Assembly (NCBI GenBank): GCA_964016885.1
Contig: OZ024743.1
Span: 195,610,001 to 195,674,000, forward strand
Source: Eledone cirrhosa
Taxonomy: Eukaryota
DNA length: 64,000 bases
Reading direction: 5' to 3'
Shown: positions 25,320 through 39,150 of the stretch, in pieces
How positions within the stretch are numbered: the stretch's first letter is position 1
Layout: each line of letters starts with the position of its first letter
The notes under the pieces: model-generated
Database searches by the model: none
Told to the model about the DNA's origin: nothing
What the model saw: the letters and a program-made list of their open reading frames with translations, nothing else
Program-made: the position numbers and the translations under genes

Positions 25320-25352
<33 letters not shown>

Positions 25353-25527
25353 AGTGAATATATGTATGTGTATATATATATAGTGAATATCATTTCACAC
25401 CTTTTATTGTTAAGATTTTTGATGTTCTATTAAGAGAACCGATTTTACTGAAAAAATCGAATAATGTACACCATTTTACCAGGGGGAAAAAAATACTGGT
25501 CCACCCACACACACACACACACATTCT

Positions 25528-25559
<32 letters not shown>

Positions 25560-25589
25560 CACACGCGTACATTAACATACCAAGAGACT

Positions 25590-25630
<41 letters not shown>

Positions 25631-25689
25631 TTCTCCGTATAAGACAAAAGCTGAAAAATATCTTTTGACATGCTAAAATACCCCCCCCC

Positions 25690-26349
25690 CCTCATTGCTT
25701 ACAGACACATTCTTACTGACCATCCCTGCTACCGCGAATTACTCTGCTATACACACACACACACACTTATCTTAATAGCCATTTGACACACATCCCTGCT
25801 AACCATTATCACAACATCGAACACCTTACTACTACTACACACACACACACACACACACATATTTGTCGTGAAAGAGTCATTTCTCAATCTCGGCACAAAA
25901 CCAATTTTTTATTCACATGACCTCTACCGACCAATCAAAATTGTTTTGACCACAAGAATTTTTGCAAACACCAAGTAGCGCTGGAGCCACTTTTTTAACA
26001 TAAAAACAGTCTTGGCGCAAAATCAATTTTTTACATTCACATGACGTCTACCGACCAATCAAAATTGTTTTGACCACAAGAATTTTTGCAACACCAAAGT
26101 AGCGCTGGAGCCACTTTTTTAACATAAAAACAGGTCGAATTCCCAAAACTAATCAGATCAGAGCAAACAACACGGACACTCTATCTCAAAATTATTTTTG
26201 AAACGCATTTAGAAATGCGCAACCGGTAGAAACTTAAAAACTTAAAACCACAACTGAATACTAACCCATACAATTACTAATACTCTTTTATTCTTAATTA
26301 AACCATTTTTCAACTGTGAACAATTTGTCAGCATTTTCTATTCCGTTTA

Positions 26350-26352
<3 letters not shown>
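25690..26352 (+). mobile_element. PLE 3' UTR/pLTR fragment related to 57420-58000, with variant hammerhead motif
   Basis: Shares ACCAATCAAA and GAGCCACTTTTTT with the reverse complement of 57630-57690. Contains a ~122-bp tandem duplication and TTGAAAC-GCATTT ag AAATGC-GCAACCGGTA at 26198-26228. Ends in (TA)n. Confidence 0.6.
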
Positions 26353-26430
<78 letters not shown>

Positions 26431-26474
26431 AAGTTAAATAAATGTCAAATGATTAAAATTTAGCTTCGTTTATT

Positions 26475-26529
26475 ACTGCTATATATATTTCAGTGACAGC
26501 CATCTTTGGCTGTGACCTCTTCAGGCAGT
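26475..26529 (-). ncRNA. Type-I hammerhead ribozyme motif in a (TA)n-flanked insert (26425-26745)
   Basis: Minus strand: ACTGC-CTGAAGA-GGTCACAGCCA aaga TGGCTGTCACT-GAAAT ATAT ATA-GCAGT, then AATAAA. Confidence 0.82.
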
Positions 26530-26743
26530 TTGAATTAGTATGGTATAGACAAGTACATATGTTGTTTAGGTGTATGATATTGTCAATACTCTGATATGCC
26601 CAGTTCCTTGCTGGGTTGTTAATTCACTGGGGAACTGGAGTCATATTACTACTCCGGAGTAACCAAACCAACCTGCGCACTTCGTCGAGTGCTCCAGACT
26701 GCATACTGAGGTGTTGGTATACAACCAACATAAACTCAAAATC

Positions 26744-26774
<31 letters not shown>

Positions 26775-26798
26775 CACACAGAAATGTATATATATTTC

Positions 26799-26829
<31 letters not shown>

Positions 26830-27097
26830 TACACACACAGAAATGTATATATATTTCTGTGTGTGTATATATATATATATTACACACACACAGAAATGTA
26901 TATATGTTTCTGTAGCACTCCTCATTTTCCCTCTCTCCCCATCCCGCTATCCCTCTCTTGTAGTCTGTCTCTTTCTTTCACTCTCACTCTCTCACTCTGT
27001 CTCTACGCGTGCGCAAAAACACTCGCACGCGCGCACGTGTTTCCACTGCCGGACAGACAGACAGAGAAATTGCTGGTTATATATTATAAGGAGATAT

Positions 27098-27290
27098 AGC
27101 TAAGTTATTCCGGGTTGAATCGGAGGTACCCACAGTAAGTAAGGTACTCAATACATAGCAGAGTTTAACAGTTTTAATATAGGTGAGATTCTACAGGACT
27201 AGAACTATTTCATCCTTTAGAAATCATCAGGATTCCTGATGATTTCTAAAGAATGAAACAGTTCTAGTCTTGTAGAATCTCATCTCTATA
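27098..27290 (-). mobile_element. PLE-type fold-back insert with two back-to-back hammerheads
   Basis: Palindrome 27182-27284 centred 27233; the unpaired tail carries GTACTCAATAC. Confidence 0.75.
27231..27279 (+). ncRNA. Type-I hammerhead ribozyme motif
   Basis: GATTC-CTGATGA-TTTC taaa GAAT-GAAACAG ttctagtc TTGTA-GAATC. Confidence 0.75.
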
Positions 27291-27307
27291 TATATATATA
27301 TATATAT

Positions 27308-27510
27308 GGAAGTACAGCATTACAACATATTCGAAGCTCGAGCCGCAGCTAAGCCGACGAATGCATTCAGCAGTGCAGCCAAGCACACGACAAGGTATTA
27401 AACCTCAGAGTAATAACATACAGTTTAAAGGGCTTTGCAAATTGAAGACGGCAACCGGTAATTCAGCCGCGGGGTCTGTAGCAACGAAAGAACTGACTCT
27501 TGAGAAAAAA
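27308..27510 (-). repeat. Unclassified dispersed repeat, diverged inverted copy of ~335-520
   Basis: Collinear matches GTACAGCATTA, GAAGCT, CAGCTAAG, CGAATGCA, GCTTTGCAAAT, CAGCCGC and TAGCAACGAAA; both copies abut (TA)n. Confidence 0.65.
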
Positions 27511-27557
27511 TACATACATATATACATATACAATTATATAGATATATCTATACAAAC

Positions 27558-27645
<88 letters not shown>

Positions 27646-30600
27646 ATGTACAAGCACACACATATGCCTATATATATATACTTTCACACGTATACACACG
27701 CGTACACATAAAATTACATACACACACATATATATACATACACACTTACACATTAATTTACATACACACATACAAACACATACACACACATGCGCACATA
27801 GACACATACGCGTATGCGTGCACACAAACACTCTCACACACATACAGATACATACACATCTTGATAAAAATTAAAGATTTTTTTTTCTTTAATCCGACAG
27901 AATTAATAATTTTGTAATTTTTACATTAATTGGATTTAAATGTTTGTAAAACATTACAGGTTTCCATTGGTATATCAATCTTATCAAATATTAAATACTT
28001 GCATAATATAAAAAAGAAATATGCGTTTGAGGGTTTGAAGTTATGTTTAGATGGAACATTACTGTTGAAAATCTATAAGCTGACCTTACATCATTACGAT
28101 GACACATTCTATAGAATGAACTAGAAAGCAACCAGTATAGAATTAATTACAATAATGAAATGTGGGGCGGAAATCAGAAGAACATGTATCATCAGAGCTG
28201 TGTTCATAATGAGAAACACCATGTGATGTGAAGTTAGGCTGCTAAGACATAACCCCAACGTGAACATAGGTGAGCCTTGCAATTTTTAATTTTAAGAATT
28301 GAAAATGTTTGCAAAGAGAAATGAAATGGATTTAAATTTTACTAAAATTTAACCAACATTCATGTTCTTGAAACACGTTTTGGATATTTGAAGAATTCTC
28401 AGGGAAATTACTTCAAACCACAACTGCCTCATATATAATTTAATAATGATGTATTCGTTGTTGAAATTTGTCTTAAATTTGTCACTGAAAATAATCATTT
28501 CTTTATGTTTAAGTTGAAGTTTATAATTCAATTCTCTAGCCACTATCAAGTAAATAATATTCCACCTTTAAGCTAGTTAATAAAACCCATCAAGTCATCA
28601 CACCATCTCAACAATTTATTATGTAAAGGTTTAGCTTATTTTAACCTATTATTTGCTTGTTATTCAAATCAATAACTTTTCAATTACCTTTCTTTGACGG
28701 TTGAGGAACATCGACAATATAACCTTCGAACAAAATAATTTCATTTCCGTAATTTCTTTTTTTTTTCCAAATTATTATTTCATTCGGAATTATTTCAATG
28801 ATTTCAATAGCTGTAAACACGTGGTTGCTGACAGGTGTGTTATCAGAGAGCCAAATACCTACTGGCCATTAGATAATTTGATCAATGAAGTAGCTGTCAA
28901 ATTGAAATACTTCTGCAATGTAACATCTTGTTAACACACTCATTTATCAAAAATGTGTTATAATTTGGACACAATTTTCACTTTTCTGATTATTTGAATT
29001 TCAGACTGAGCCAGTTTCCTTCAGACATTTCCATCAAGCGAAATTAATGTCTAAGTTGAAAGCAGCGATTATAAAGTTTCGTTTTATTTATATTCGAGCA
29101 GCTAGTTGGGATATATCCTCTAACTTCGGGATGTAAGTAAATATTGTACGAGACTCTAACCGTCTTTTAGCCTGAAACGTTGCTAGCAGTCTACTTGACA
29201 CTCGGAAGCTTATATTGGCTTACGAATCGTTCGTTTAATATTAGAACAATTGTGTTTAACTCCACATCACTAATTTGGAAGGATTAACGCATTAACAGAA
29301 CCATTATTTCTAATACTCCAGCATTTAATTAACTATTCATTAAACCTATTTATTTTTTTTAACCATAATCCTCTTCACACGCTCATTAATTAATTGTAGT
29401 TAAAATACCAATCTAAAGCTTCCTTAAAGAACGCTCGACTCAGTTTAGGAATGATACACAAGATGCAATTAATTTTCACTACAAAGATTCAATAAAATTT
29501 ATTTTATTTAAACGTTTCTTATTATATTCTTATATATCCCGCCATACTAGTGATGGTTTTCTTTGTCGTATCAGCTCAGAAAATATATGAAAGATATTTT
29601 CTCTTGCAGTTCGTGAAAAGCTTCTTGATATTTCACAATAAATAAACAGGATTTTTCAGATTGCAAATTGGCAAATTGCTACGACTGTTTTTCTTTGCAT
29701 TATATATCAAAGGATTTTTATGAATTTATAATTATATATTTATTTCAATGGGGACTAGGATCAAGTAATGTATCTTCTTTGATATAGCTATATAAATTCA
29801 AGTATTTATCAGTCTACTTTATCCAATTATATTTTCAAGAACATCGAATTGTTCCTACTAAAGGTATTATATATTCACGTATAGCAGAATTATAGAGTGT
29901 TACACGTATCACAAGAATTCTAAAATTTAGAAAAGTGTAGAGTCGAAACTCTAAAGCAGTTGATAAGTTCTAGTCTATTTTATAGCTTTTGATATTGCAA
30001 CTTTATCTTGTACAATATTATACTGAATCAGAAGCCAATAAATTCAACAAATCCTTGCAGATTCTCTGCTTTTACAATTAATGATCGTTTACTACTGAAT
30101 TGATTTGATTGGTTCAGCCACGACATATCAGCTAACCTGAATTAAAGCAATTCCAGGTTTTATGAGAATGTAAGAAACTAACACTTTGCCTCTTTTATAG
30201 CTATCCATAAACTTCAAATAAGAAGTCCTCTAAAGTTAGATTCTTTGTCATACACTAGCTTATTTGAAACCTTCAAAGCACATCAATTACACGGTTATTC
30301 GTTTTGTCAGAATCGACCTTTTCTTTCATCTTCTCGGGGCCTTGAAAATAATAAATTTAACTACTCAATCAAGAATATAACTCAGATTCTAAATTGATGA
30401 GAGATATGAGTGTCGGTTGGTCTGAATCTGTTGTATATATCAGCTTATAGTCAACAGTACAATTTAAAATTGTTATGGTCTTATCTATTTCCAACGCACC
30501 TAATACTGTTCAAATGAATACTTGCTGCTTATCATTTAAAGTATTTGGTATTCTTACTTATCTTTTGTTTTATTGGAGACATTTACTTTATTTTTCCTCT

Positions 30601-31410
30601 GAAACGTATCATCTGGTTCTCGTTAACAAGATAAAAAAGTGACGCCCTTATATACAGAGCCTGAAGATTATTATGAATACTATAAACTAGATTGTGATAC
30701 CTTGGGAAATTAGCAATTTATATTTATCTGTTATATTATGAATTTTTAATATAAAAGAAGTAGCAGTGTTACATCACGTTATACGACTGGTAAAGAAGTA
30801 GATATAACCTTTTAATTTTTATAAAATCTAATGTGTCTTACCTTTAGTAGGTTTACTATGGCTTTATTTTTTAGACGAGCGCCAATTAGGAAATATTAAG
30901 ACGTCATTGTTGGATCAACAGGTGTTCCGACGACGAGCATGCTAGTTGTTTGATCGATTGAACAATCAGCACGTTTCTGATATGACAAGTTGCTGAACAT
31001 TCCACTAACACAGATGCCTTTTAACGCCGTTCTCTACTTTATTGATTTGGTTTCACATAACCTACATAGGCATATTAGAGATTTTGTTTATATTGGGTCA
31101 TCATGTATGAAATTTGTAAAAATTTGTAAAAAAATAAAAAATGTCTACAAATTTCATACTTGACGACCCAATATATTGAAATGAGTAAAACCCTGCTGGT
31201 TACACATTCTGCTTTGTGTAAAATTCTATTTCTAATTATAGAGTTATCAACTAATAACTATCATGCTGCAGCCGCGTTGGGAATGTATAGTTGGGCATAA
31301 CTGATTTCCTACTAAAACCATGATTACGGCCTCTGTTGTTAAGCACATGCGTCACATTTTGGTTTGCATTACAGTAACTTTGAAGGAAAAGCTGTTTCGT
31401 ACTGATATAT

Positions 31411-31451
<41 letters not shown>

Positions 31452-31733
31452 CATGTACATACATAAATGTAAACAAACATGTGACCGTGGAAATTCACAA
31501 ATAATTACAAAAATATGTATTCATATCTATTGTATTTATAATAAAATGTAGCCGGGATGAATACAACGGAAGTGTATAAAAATGAGGAATCCATGTAACA
31601 TGCCACCATTCATTCACTCTTAAATTTTCTCACACAGGCGCCATTAATACTCTCTAGCTAGACGTAAAATTCGTAGCTGCTACAAATTCTAGGCCTCACA
31701 ATTTACGATGTTAAACACACGAACACACACACA

Positions 31734-31780
<47 letters not shown>

Positions 31781-31787
31781 CATATAT

Positions 31788-31936
<149 letters not shown>

Positions 31937-32718
31937 AGTGAGAGAGTGAGAGAGAGAAGGTGAAGTTAGAAATAGCACGGAAAATATATTTAAGAGTCTG
32001 TTTTTCTTTTTTGATTCGTCAAAGTGACATTATTGAAAAAATGCGAAGGACAATTCTTTTTTTTTTTAAGTTTTATAATGTATATAAAGTATATGAAGAA
32101 TTACAGGTTTCGATGTACTATTAAAACCCATTTTATCAAATGTTGAGTGTTAAAATTAAAAAGAATTAATAGGAGTTAAAAACTAAGGATTTAAAATTAA
32201 AATCAAATGTTTCGAGTAAATTTTCTTCCATCCTTCTTGCTCAAAATTTGGCGGTAAGAGAAGGTAGCAGTACTTTTTTTTCTTCACAGAAAAAAGTTGT
32301 GTTTTGAAAAACAATCTGTGTTTGTATTGTATTAATTGAGTGGTGAATAGTTCAAAAGGGGATAGTGTATAGACTTCCTAAAACCACATTCCAATAATAG
32401 AATTTCTCCTACAATCCTCCTGCTGCTTCTACACAACCTACCTCTAACTTACAATCCTCTATCCCCTTTTGAACTATTGATCACTCAATTACAACAATAC
32501 GGACCGAGTGATGTGTTGTTTCCTTGACCAAGACACTTTATTTCACGCTGCTCCAGTTTACTCAGCTGTAGAAATGAGATGATAGGACTGGGGTCCCTAT
32601 CATTAAAATCACCCAGACACCACACCTCCAACGAGATATACCTTGGAGGAGTTCAGCTAAACCTGCATAGGTGTGAGCTGTCACGCACACACACACACAC
32701 ACATATATATATATTATA

Positions 32719-32826
<108 letters not shown>

Positions 32827-32847
32827 ATATATATATATACGGAAGAG

Positions 32848-33040
32848 ATTTTCTAATTTAGGCACAAGACTAGCAAATTTTAAGTACGAGCAAGGTTGAT
32901 TGAAGCAACCCAAATGTGTCACTGTTACTTTAAGTTTCGAGCGTGGCAAGGTAAAATGCAAAGTTGACATTGGCGGAAATTGACCTCGGAATATAAAGAA
33001 AAATAACTGCCATGGCATTTTATCCGATAAGTTACCAATG
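32848..33040 (-). mobile_element. Diverged SINE S1
   Basis: TTAGGCACAAGACTAGCAA..GCAAAGTTGACATTGGCGGAAATTGA. Confidence 0.6.
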
Positions 33041-34555
33041 CAGGCTTTTTAGACGTATTAATATAGACCTGACTATGTTTAAGTTTTTACTTCTATTCCT
33101 ACTTACGATCTATTTCATTAGGAGTCTTTCACACATCGTATAAAAGGACAAAGTTTATTAAACAATAACCATGAGGATTTATGTAAGCTTTATTATCAGA
33201 ATTTGAAATTTGGTGTTTGGCAATTAGACGTAAATGTCATTTCTTATGTGTTTATTACGTGTGTAAACTTTTTTTGTTATTATCCTAGCATAATTAATCG
33301 GCTATGTTAGAAATGTTATCCAGCTTTGTTTTGTGGTGAGTGTTGTAGTGTATTGCAGTTGTTCCTTGTAAAAGCGTGGTGAGTACTCGAAAATGTTTTG
33401 TATTTGTGTGACAAATTCTTCAGTAACACTTTCAAACACAGAAGATAAAGTTTAAGAGTTTATAATACCAACATTTCAACGGATATTGGTGTCTCATCAG
33501 AGAATATATGTCCTTGTAATTCTGTGTACGGAAGAATATTGCTATAGCAGTTTATTTCGTTTTCAGTTAAAGCTTCTCATTAAAGAAATGTCAGATATAT
33601 ATACCTTAAGTTTTCATTAATCTTCAAATAATATTGGTATTCTATATATATTTATTTACGTCCCAAAACGTATGAGCACAATACCAACTAGACAGGTATG
33701 TTCTATATTCTGTATGCCGTATATATAGGCGCTAATTTGGCAGAGTCATTCTGATGTCGAATAGAATGTTCTGTGGCATTCGTTTCTGCTCTCAAATCCC
33801 TCATATGTCAACTTAGTCTTCAACCATATCCAGGGAGTTATATACAATACTAGTCCAGTATCTCTTTCTCACATCTCTCTATCACTCTCACGCGCTCGCC
33901 CTCCCCATATCTTCCACTTTCTAGTTTTTCTAGACGACATCGACTGTTTTCAAATATATAAAATGAAGAATTCCACCAGGTTAAAATGCCCAAAATACAC
34001 CGTATGTCATAACATTGCCACTACAACCACACCAGAATGTGTTGCCTAATGATAAATGAGGATGATGTCGTTTGTACAGCAATGTTCCTTCGTAAAGGAA
34101 ATGATAATAGTAGTTATTCTCTGATGAGACGACAATAATATTTGAAATGTACTTGCCTTAATGTATTCACTGGCGATACTGCCATTCAGCAGTTGATGTT
34201 ACATGCTATTATCTTACTCATTAAGATCCTTGCTCTCGTCAGAGTACAATATGAAGTTTCTAGATTTCTTTAGATGGTGAATGTCAACATCATAATCATT
34301 ACAAATAATAAGGAATAATCAAACCTTCTCGATTAAATTCAGGACGCTGTATAATTCTAATACAAAGGAAATGACAGAAAATACTAAGTGACAAGCTGCA
34401 GAAAGCTGCTATTTACTACCATTTAAACTTTCGCATACCGGCGCCATTTGACTCTATCACACGAACATCCCACAACTAAAATAGTCAATGCTACTAGCAG
34501 GGAAGGGCTCACAATTTCCGGACATTTCTACATATATTTATATATATATACATAT

Positions 34556-34589
<34 letters not shown>

Positions 34590-34654
34590 GGGGGGGGGAG
34601 GTATGTGCGTTTGAGTGTGAATGCATGTATGCACGCACAGACGCTCATATATAT

Positions 34655-34772
34655 AAATAGAAAAAATGAAATTCCATTTCTCACTCTTAGTACGGCTGAT
34701 ACTTAACTATAAATATGTATACGTACATACATATATGTATACAGACGTACAGTAGTATGTATATACATACAT

Positions 34773-34816
<44 letters not shown>

Positions 34817-35192
34817 ACGTATTGGTTTAGCGAACATTTATTATAATGCTCAGTTTGTTTGTAAACAAACAGCCCGAATTTTTAGCCGTACAGTGTTCGG
34901 CAACCATCGTTGCCCTTTTGTCCAGCACTGACAAAGGAAAGATGAACTAGTTTATAGCTTATTAGCTGTCATCAGTACCGTATACCTTCCTGTCAGTCGA
35001 TTGAACGTTTGAAAGTATATACTTTCCTTATGCATATTAACGGCTGGGCAGCCTAATGTGTATATCGAGTGAGTTAGTCGGCCGGGTGAACCGAAAACGA
35101 TAGATGGAAAAAATGAAATTTCATTTCTCAATCTTAGTACGGCTGATACTTAACTATAATTATGTATACGTACATACGTATACAGACGTATG
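34655..35192 (-). mobile_element. Dispersed diverged copy (~1.2 units) of the 473-bp retrozyme-like family
   Basis: Collinear with the array unit. HHR on the minus strand at ~34940-34981 (CTGATGA intact, GAAA mutated). Terminal direct repeat 34660-34750 / 35100-35190. Confidence 0.8.
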
Positions 35193-36442
35193 CTTTTTGA
35201 CAGGGAGGTGTACAAGGGCATATCCATACAAGTGTGCAAGTGAGCGTTCATCTTTTTTTCACTATATTAAGTAGTTTCTACCTGCCAGCATATTAGGTGA
35301 CTTACTGCTCAACAATTTTGTCCGTCTAGTGGTCTGTGTTCAAGATGCATGACAGCGTTCTGAAATAAAGGTGCTAAAATGCCTGTAATTTCTGTTCCAT
35401 TACAGCTGTGTTCAGTTCTTCCACCCATACGAAATGAAGAAGACGGTTTAAGCTTAGGTGAGGAAACTGATGTAACGACTCTTACATTCATCTCTTTTTA
35501 ATGGGCTGTCATTCTTGGTCAAATCAGTTCCTTTGTATTTAAAGTTGTTCACCTTTTAAATTTTGTCAGTTCAGCGTGAAGTAGTTATTGCATTGAAGAT
35601 GTGACAACTTAACCGAAACCTGCACTTTTCTGAAATTAACTTTTTTCAGAATGATAGTGATGACATCAACAGAGGCAAATAGTACCAAACACTACAGTTG
35701 CGTTTTCACATTCGCTAGAATAATGTATATGTTCCTGAGCAATGTTAATGTGTATGTACCAATATGTTCGAAACGATGGAGATGTCGGTAGACATTTAGG
35801 ACTGTAATTACAGTAAAATACCTGTTAAATGAATGTATGTAACCAACGTTGAAAGTAATCAAGGAAGAGCTGGTTAAACTACGTACATATTTATACATAC
35901 AAATAATAGTACAAACAGTAAATCCAGAGGGAGTTATTCAGGCCAATAAATAGTATATTGAAAATGTGAAATAAAAAATATATATATTCTATACGCAAGA
36001 GCGAACTATGTTATGAAAAAGGCGATAACATAAAATAATTTAAGCAGACAAGCAGCACACATGAAAAAAAAAAATATCAATATATAATATAAAGTTTATT
36101 GTTCTGTGGTATAACTTGGGGTATTCAAAGTCAATAACCACGCAGAATAGGAGTATTTATTGCAGACAGACAAAATGTTCATAGTTGTAAAATAAACCAA
36201 TAGCAATAAGAACAGGACTACTGTCTGGGGATGAGACATGTAAGTGTTGAAAAGCAATAGTAAAGCTGAATTAGAGAAAAGCTCAACTTCTTAAAGCAAG
36301 TGTAGAAATCATGTACTTAGCTTTAGTAATCATTAATGTTTTTCATGGATTTGAGTGTGAACCTTGTCTTAAATAACAAGAATGTGTGTCCGAACACAAA
36401 GGAGCCAAACTCCCAATGTCACTGCCTTCACCTTTCCCGCTC

Positions 36443-36592
36443 TGCGGTGGATTGGCAGTATCGGTAGATGATTGGACGCTCCTTTACGGAGGTTAACTTT
36501 GCCTTTCATCCTTACGGGGTAGATAAAATAAAGTACCAGTTATGTACTGGATTAGTTGCTGGACTTGTGCCAAAAGTAGCAACAATTATTAT
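36443..36592 (+). mobile_element. SINE S1 with internal deletion
   Basis: A box joined to the core; B box missing. Confidence 0.75.
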
Positions 36593-37079
36593 GAGCAAAT
36601 GGCGGCACCCCGCGACCCCGATGGACAGAATAGAGAAGGCGTTTCCTCGGAGAATGGTGAGGGAGAGGCGTTGGAACATTCATTCCAGCTCTAGTGGCTC
36701 ATATCTGCGGTTAACCAACTCTGTGTTGATGGTGGTGATTAGGGAGGGGGCCCTTGGGGCAAGGACACCAGAAGTCTCCACTGCTACGGGCTCGATCACA
36801 AAGCTGTCGGAGAACGACTTTGTATCAGAATGTGTCAGGATAGAAGCAGATAATCTATCCGGACAGTTGTTTCCAAGCTAATGGTGTTACGATAATTTCA
36901 GAATTGTATATCAGGAAAAGATCCTCCTCTCAGATTACTTGTAAAGTAAATGAACCCTAACAAAATGTACGAATAGGGCTAGGGCAGAACCTATAGTGAA
37001 ATAATTTCTTTTAAAAATACACACACACACACGCAGACACACACACATATATATATATACATACATATATATATACATA

Positions 37080-37690
37080 CATGGTGGCTGCCAACTCGTT
37101 TTCGGGTACGGCCACTACTTTATATCCATGTAGGAGAATCCCTACCGATGCGCTGAACGAGTGTGACTTTTTAGTCCAGCCAGCGACTTGAAAACTCTGG
37201 TACAAAGACTACACTTGTGACAACTATTGACACATAGTGCTGGGCCCATGGTACCATGTGACGACAAGTGCAGAGAGATCTCCAGATATAAAGCAATGCC
37301 TGTGCCGTGAAGCTTTTATAGTGAGCAAAGGCACTGCACAAAGCCAGTCCCACTCTCTTAACCAAGATGATATTTACCAAAAAGAATAACAAGTCAACAT
37401 CATTGGATACCATCAGGGTTGCAGGTGTTATATCAGAGTTTTCCTTCTCCTAGAATTCTGCCGTGAAAAAGGCTAAAGGGTCATCTCTCCCGGTAATTGT
37501 GGATGGCCATTGACTCTTAAGAGCTCCTTTGCCCTTTGACAGGTTTTTTTTTTAGTCCTGCAGGATGTCCAAAGTCACCCTCCTCACCAAGAAACCTTGG
37601 TGGGGTTGCCAGTTTAGTCGCCAACGACCCGCCCATGAGACAAGTTGTACTGGGATACATGATACCAGTAGCACCAACTGGTGACCTGAC
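37080..37690 (-). mobile_element. Bipartite RTE-derived non-autonomous element (~610 bp)
   Basis: Reverse complement of 56114-56720; (CATA)n flanks. Confidence 0.85.
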
Positions 37691-37711
37691 ATAACATACA
37701 TACATACATAC

Positions 37712-38378
37712 ATAAGAAGCTACAACAATATGGAAGACATCCATGTACATAATATGAAAGAGTACTGGTGGAATGTTCCAGTAAAAACCCCAATAAAATG
37801 TAGGCATAACAGACCAGATATTATGATATGGGACAGGGAGAAGAAAACATGCACAGTAGTGGAAATTAGCTGCCCAGCAGATGCCAATATAATATCAAAG
37901 ATTACTGAAAAGGAGAATATTTATGCAGAACTGATGAGGAATCTGCAGATACTCCACCCTGATTACACCTTCAGATTTATGCCTGTGATTATTGGGGCAC
38001 TGGGATATGTTAGTAACTGCCTCAATACAATCTTGAGAAGGTAGGCTTCACAGGAACAGAAAGAACACAAATAGTTAGGAAGCTACAAGTACAATCCATT
38101 AATGGAACAGTAAAAATATGTAAAACATTCCAAAAATGTTGCATCTAATAAATGCATATACACATGTACAGATTCAAAGCATATACACATGCGCACATAC
38201 AACTCAAAACATCCACACCCACACATACAATAACATCCATATCTACATGTGCATGCATACATACATATCTACCTAGTTGATGTTGTGTAAATTCAAATGA
38301 GAGAGTCTTGTGTCTATGTTAGAAACCGACTCTCTCTCTATTGGTAAAACTTTGTGAAATTATAAAACCAGAAGAACA
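37712..38378 (+). mobile_element. R4/Dong-like non-LTR retrotransposon 3' fragment (restriction-like endonuclease)
   Basis: YWWNVPV..HNRPDIMIWD..VVEISCP..K..Y..PVIIGALG, then in another frame LQVQSINGTVKICKTF. PD..E RLE motif followed by a 3' UTR. Confidence 0.85.
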
Positions 38379-38399
38379 TACATAAATACACACATATAT

Positions 38400-38712
38400 G
38401 ATGGCTGCCCCCTCGTTAATGTGTATGGCCATTGCACGATATACCATTATTAATAATTATTAATTAATTCTATCGTGCAATGCCTGTGCATGAAGATATT
38501 TTTTAAAGTGAGGAAAGACTGTGCACTGAGCCAATCCCATTCTCTTAGCGACAGTAGCTATAACCCGAAAAGAAGAAAAGATCAACATCAACGATAACTA
38601 CTGAGCCGCAGATTTTATATCGGAGTTATCCCAGTTTCCTGAGTTGCCTTCTCCTAGAAGAATGCCCTGAGAAAGGCTAGGGGTCCTTCACTCCCAGTAG
38701 TTTAACCACGCG
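38400..38712 (-). mobile_element. Older subfamily of the bipartite RTE-derived element (also 43482-43745)
   Basis: ATGGCTGCCCCCTCGTTAATG..CTTCTCCTAGAAGAATGCCCTGAGAAAGGCTAGGG resembles the 37080-37480 region. Confidence 0.65.
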
Positions 38713-38844
38713 ATACATACATACATACATGCACACACACATACATACACATACACATGCATACATGCACACATACATTTGAATAGAGCTATGTTTATTT
38801 CATGTTATTAGAAACGGATACTAGTTGAAGTAGCAAGGACAAAT

Positions 38845-39150
38845 AGCTACGAAGTTTGCATCTATATAATTACGTCCCACGTTCGATCCCACTGCATGAC
38901 ATCTTGAGAAAGTGCCATTTACCATAACCTTGGGTCACCCCATAACTTGTGAGTGATATTCACTAGTCTGAAGCCCTTTCAATAGGCTGTGCCTTTAATT
39001 CAAAGGGACAGTCTTGTCACATATAATGCCATCTGAATCTCCCTGAGTACTGCATTAAGAGTATATGTATCAGCAACTTACAAGTTAATTTCATGAGCAC
39101 GTTGTTCCTTTGACAAAACATCTAGAACACTTATCCTCAAAAGCGACGGC
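38845..39150 (+). mobile_element. Diverged tRNA/CORE-like SINE (family S3; also 40315-40455)
   Basis: GTTCGATCCCACTGCA..CTTGAGAAAGTG..CTTGTGAGTGA. Confidence 0.55.

Noticed and set aside
33465-34160. Inverted pair of TATTCTCTGATGAGAC with downstream GAAA
   Set aside because: Stems I and III cannot be formed; too degenerate to call a hammerhead.
35300-35365. Possible minus-strand exon (tttcag...gtaagt)
   Set aside because: All three frames contain stops and there is no supporting evidence.
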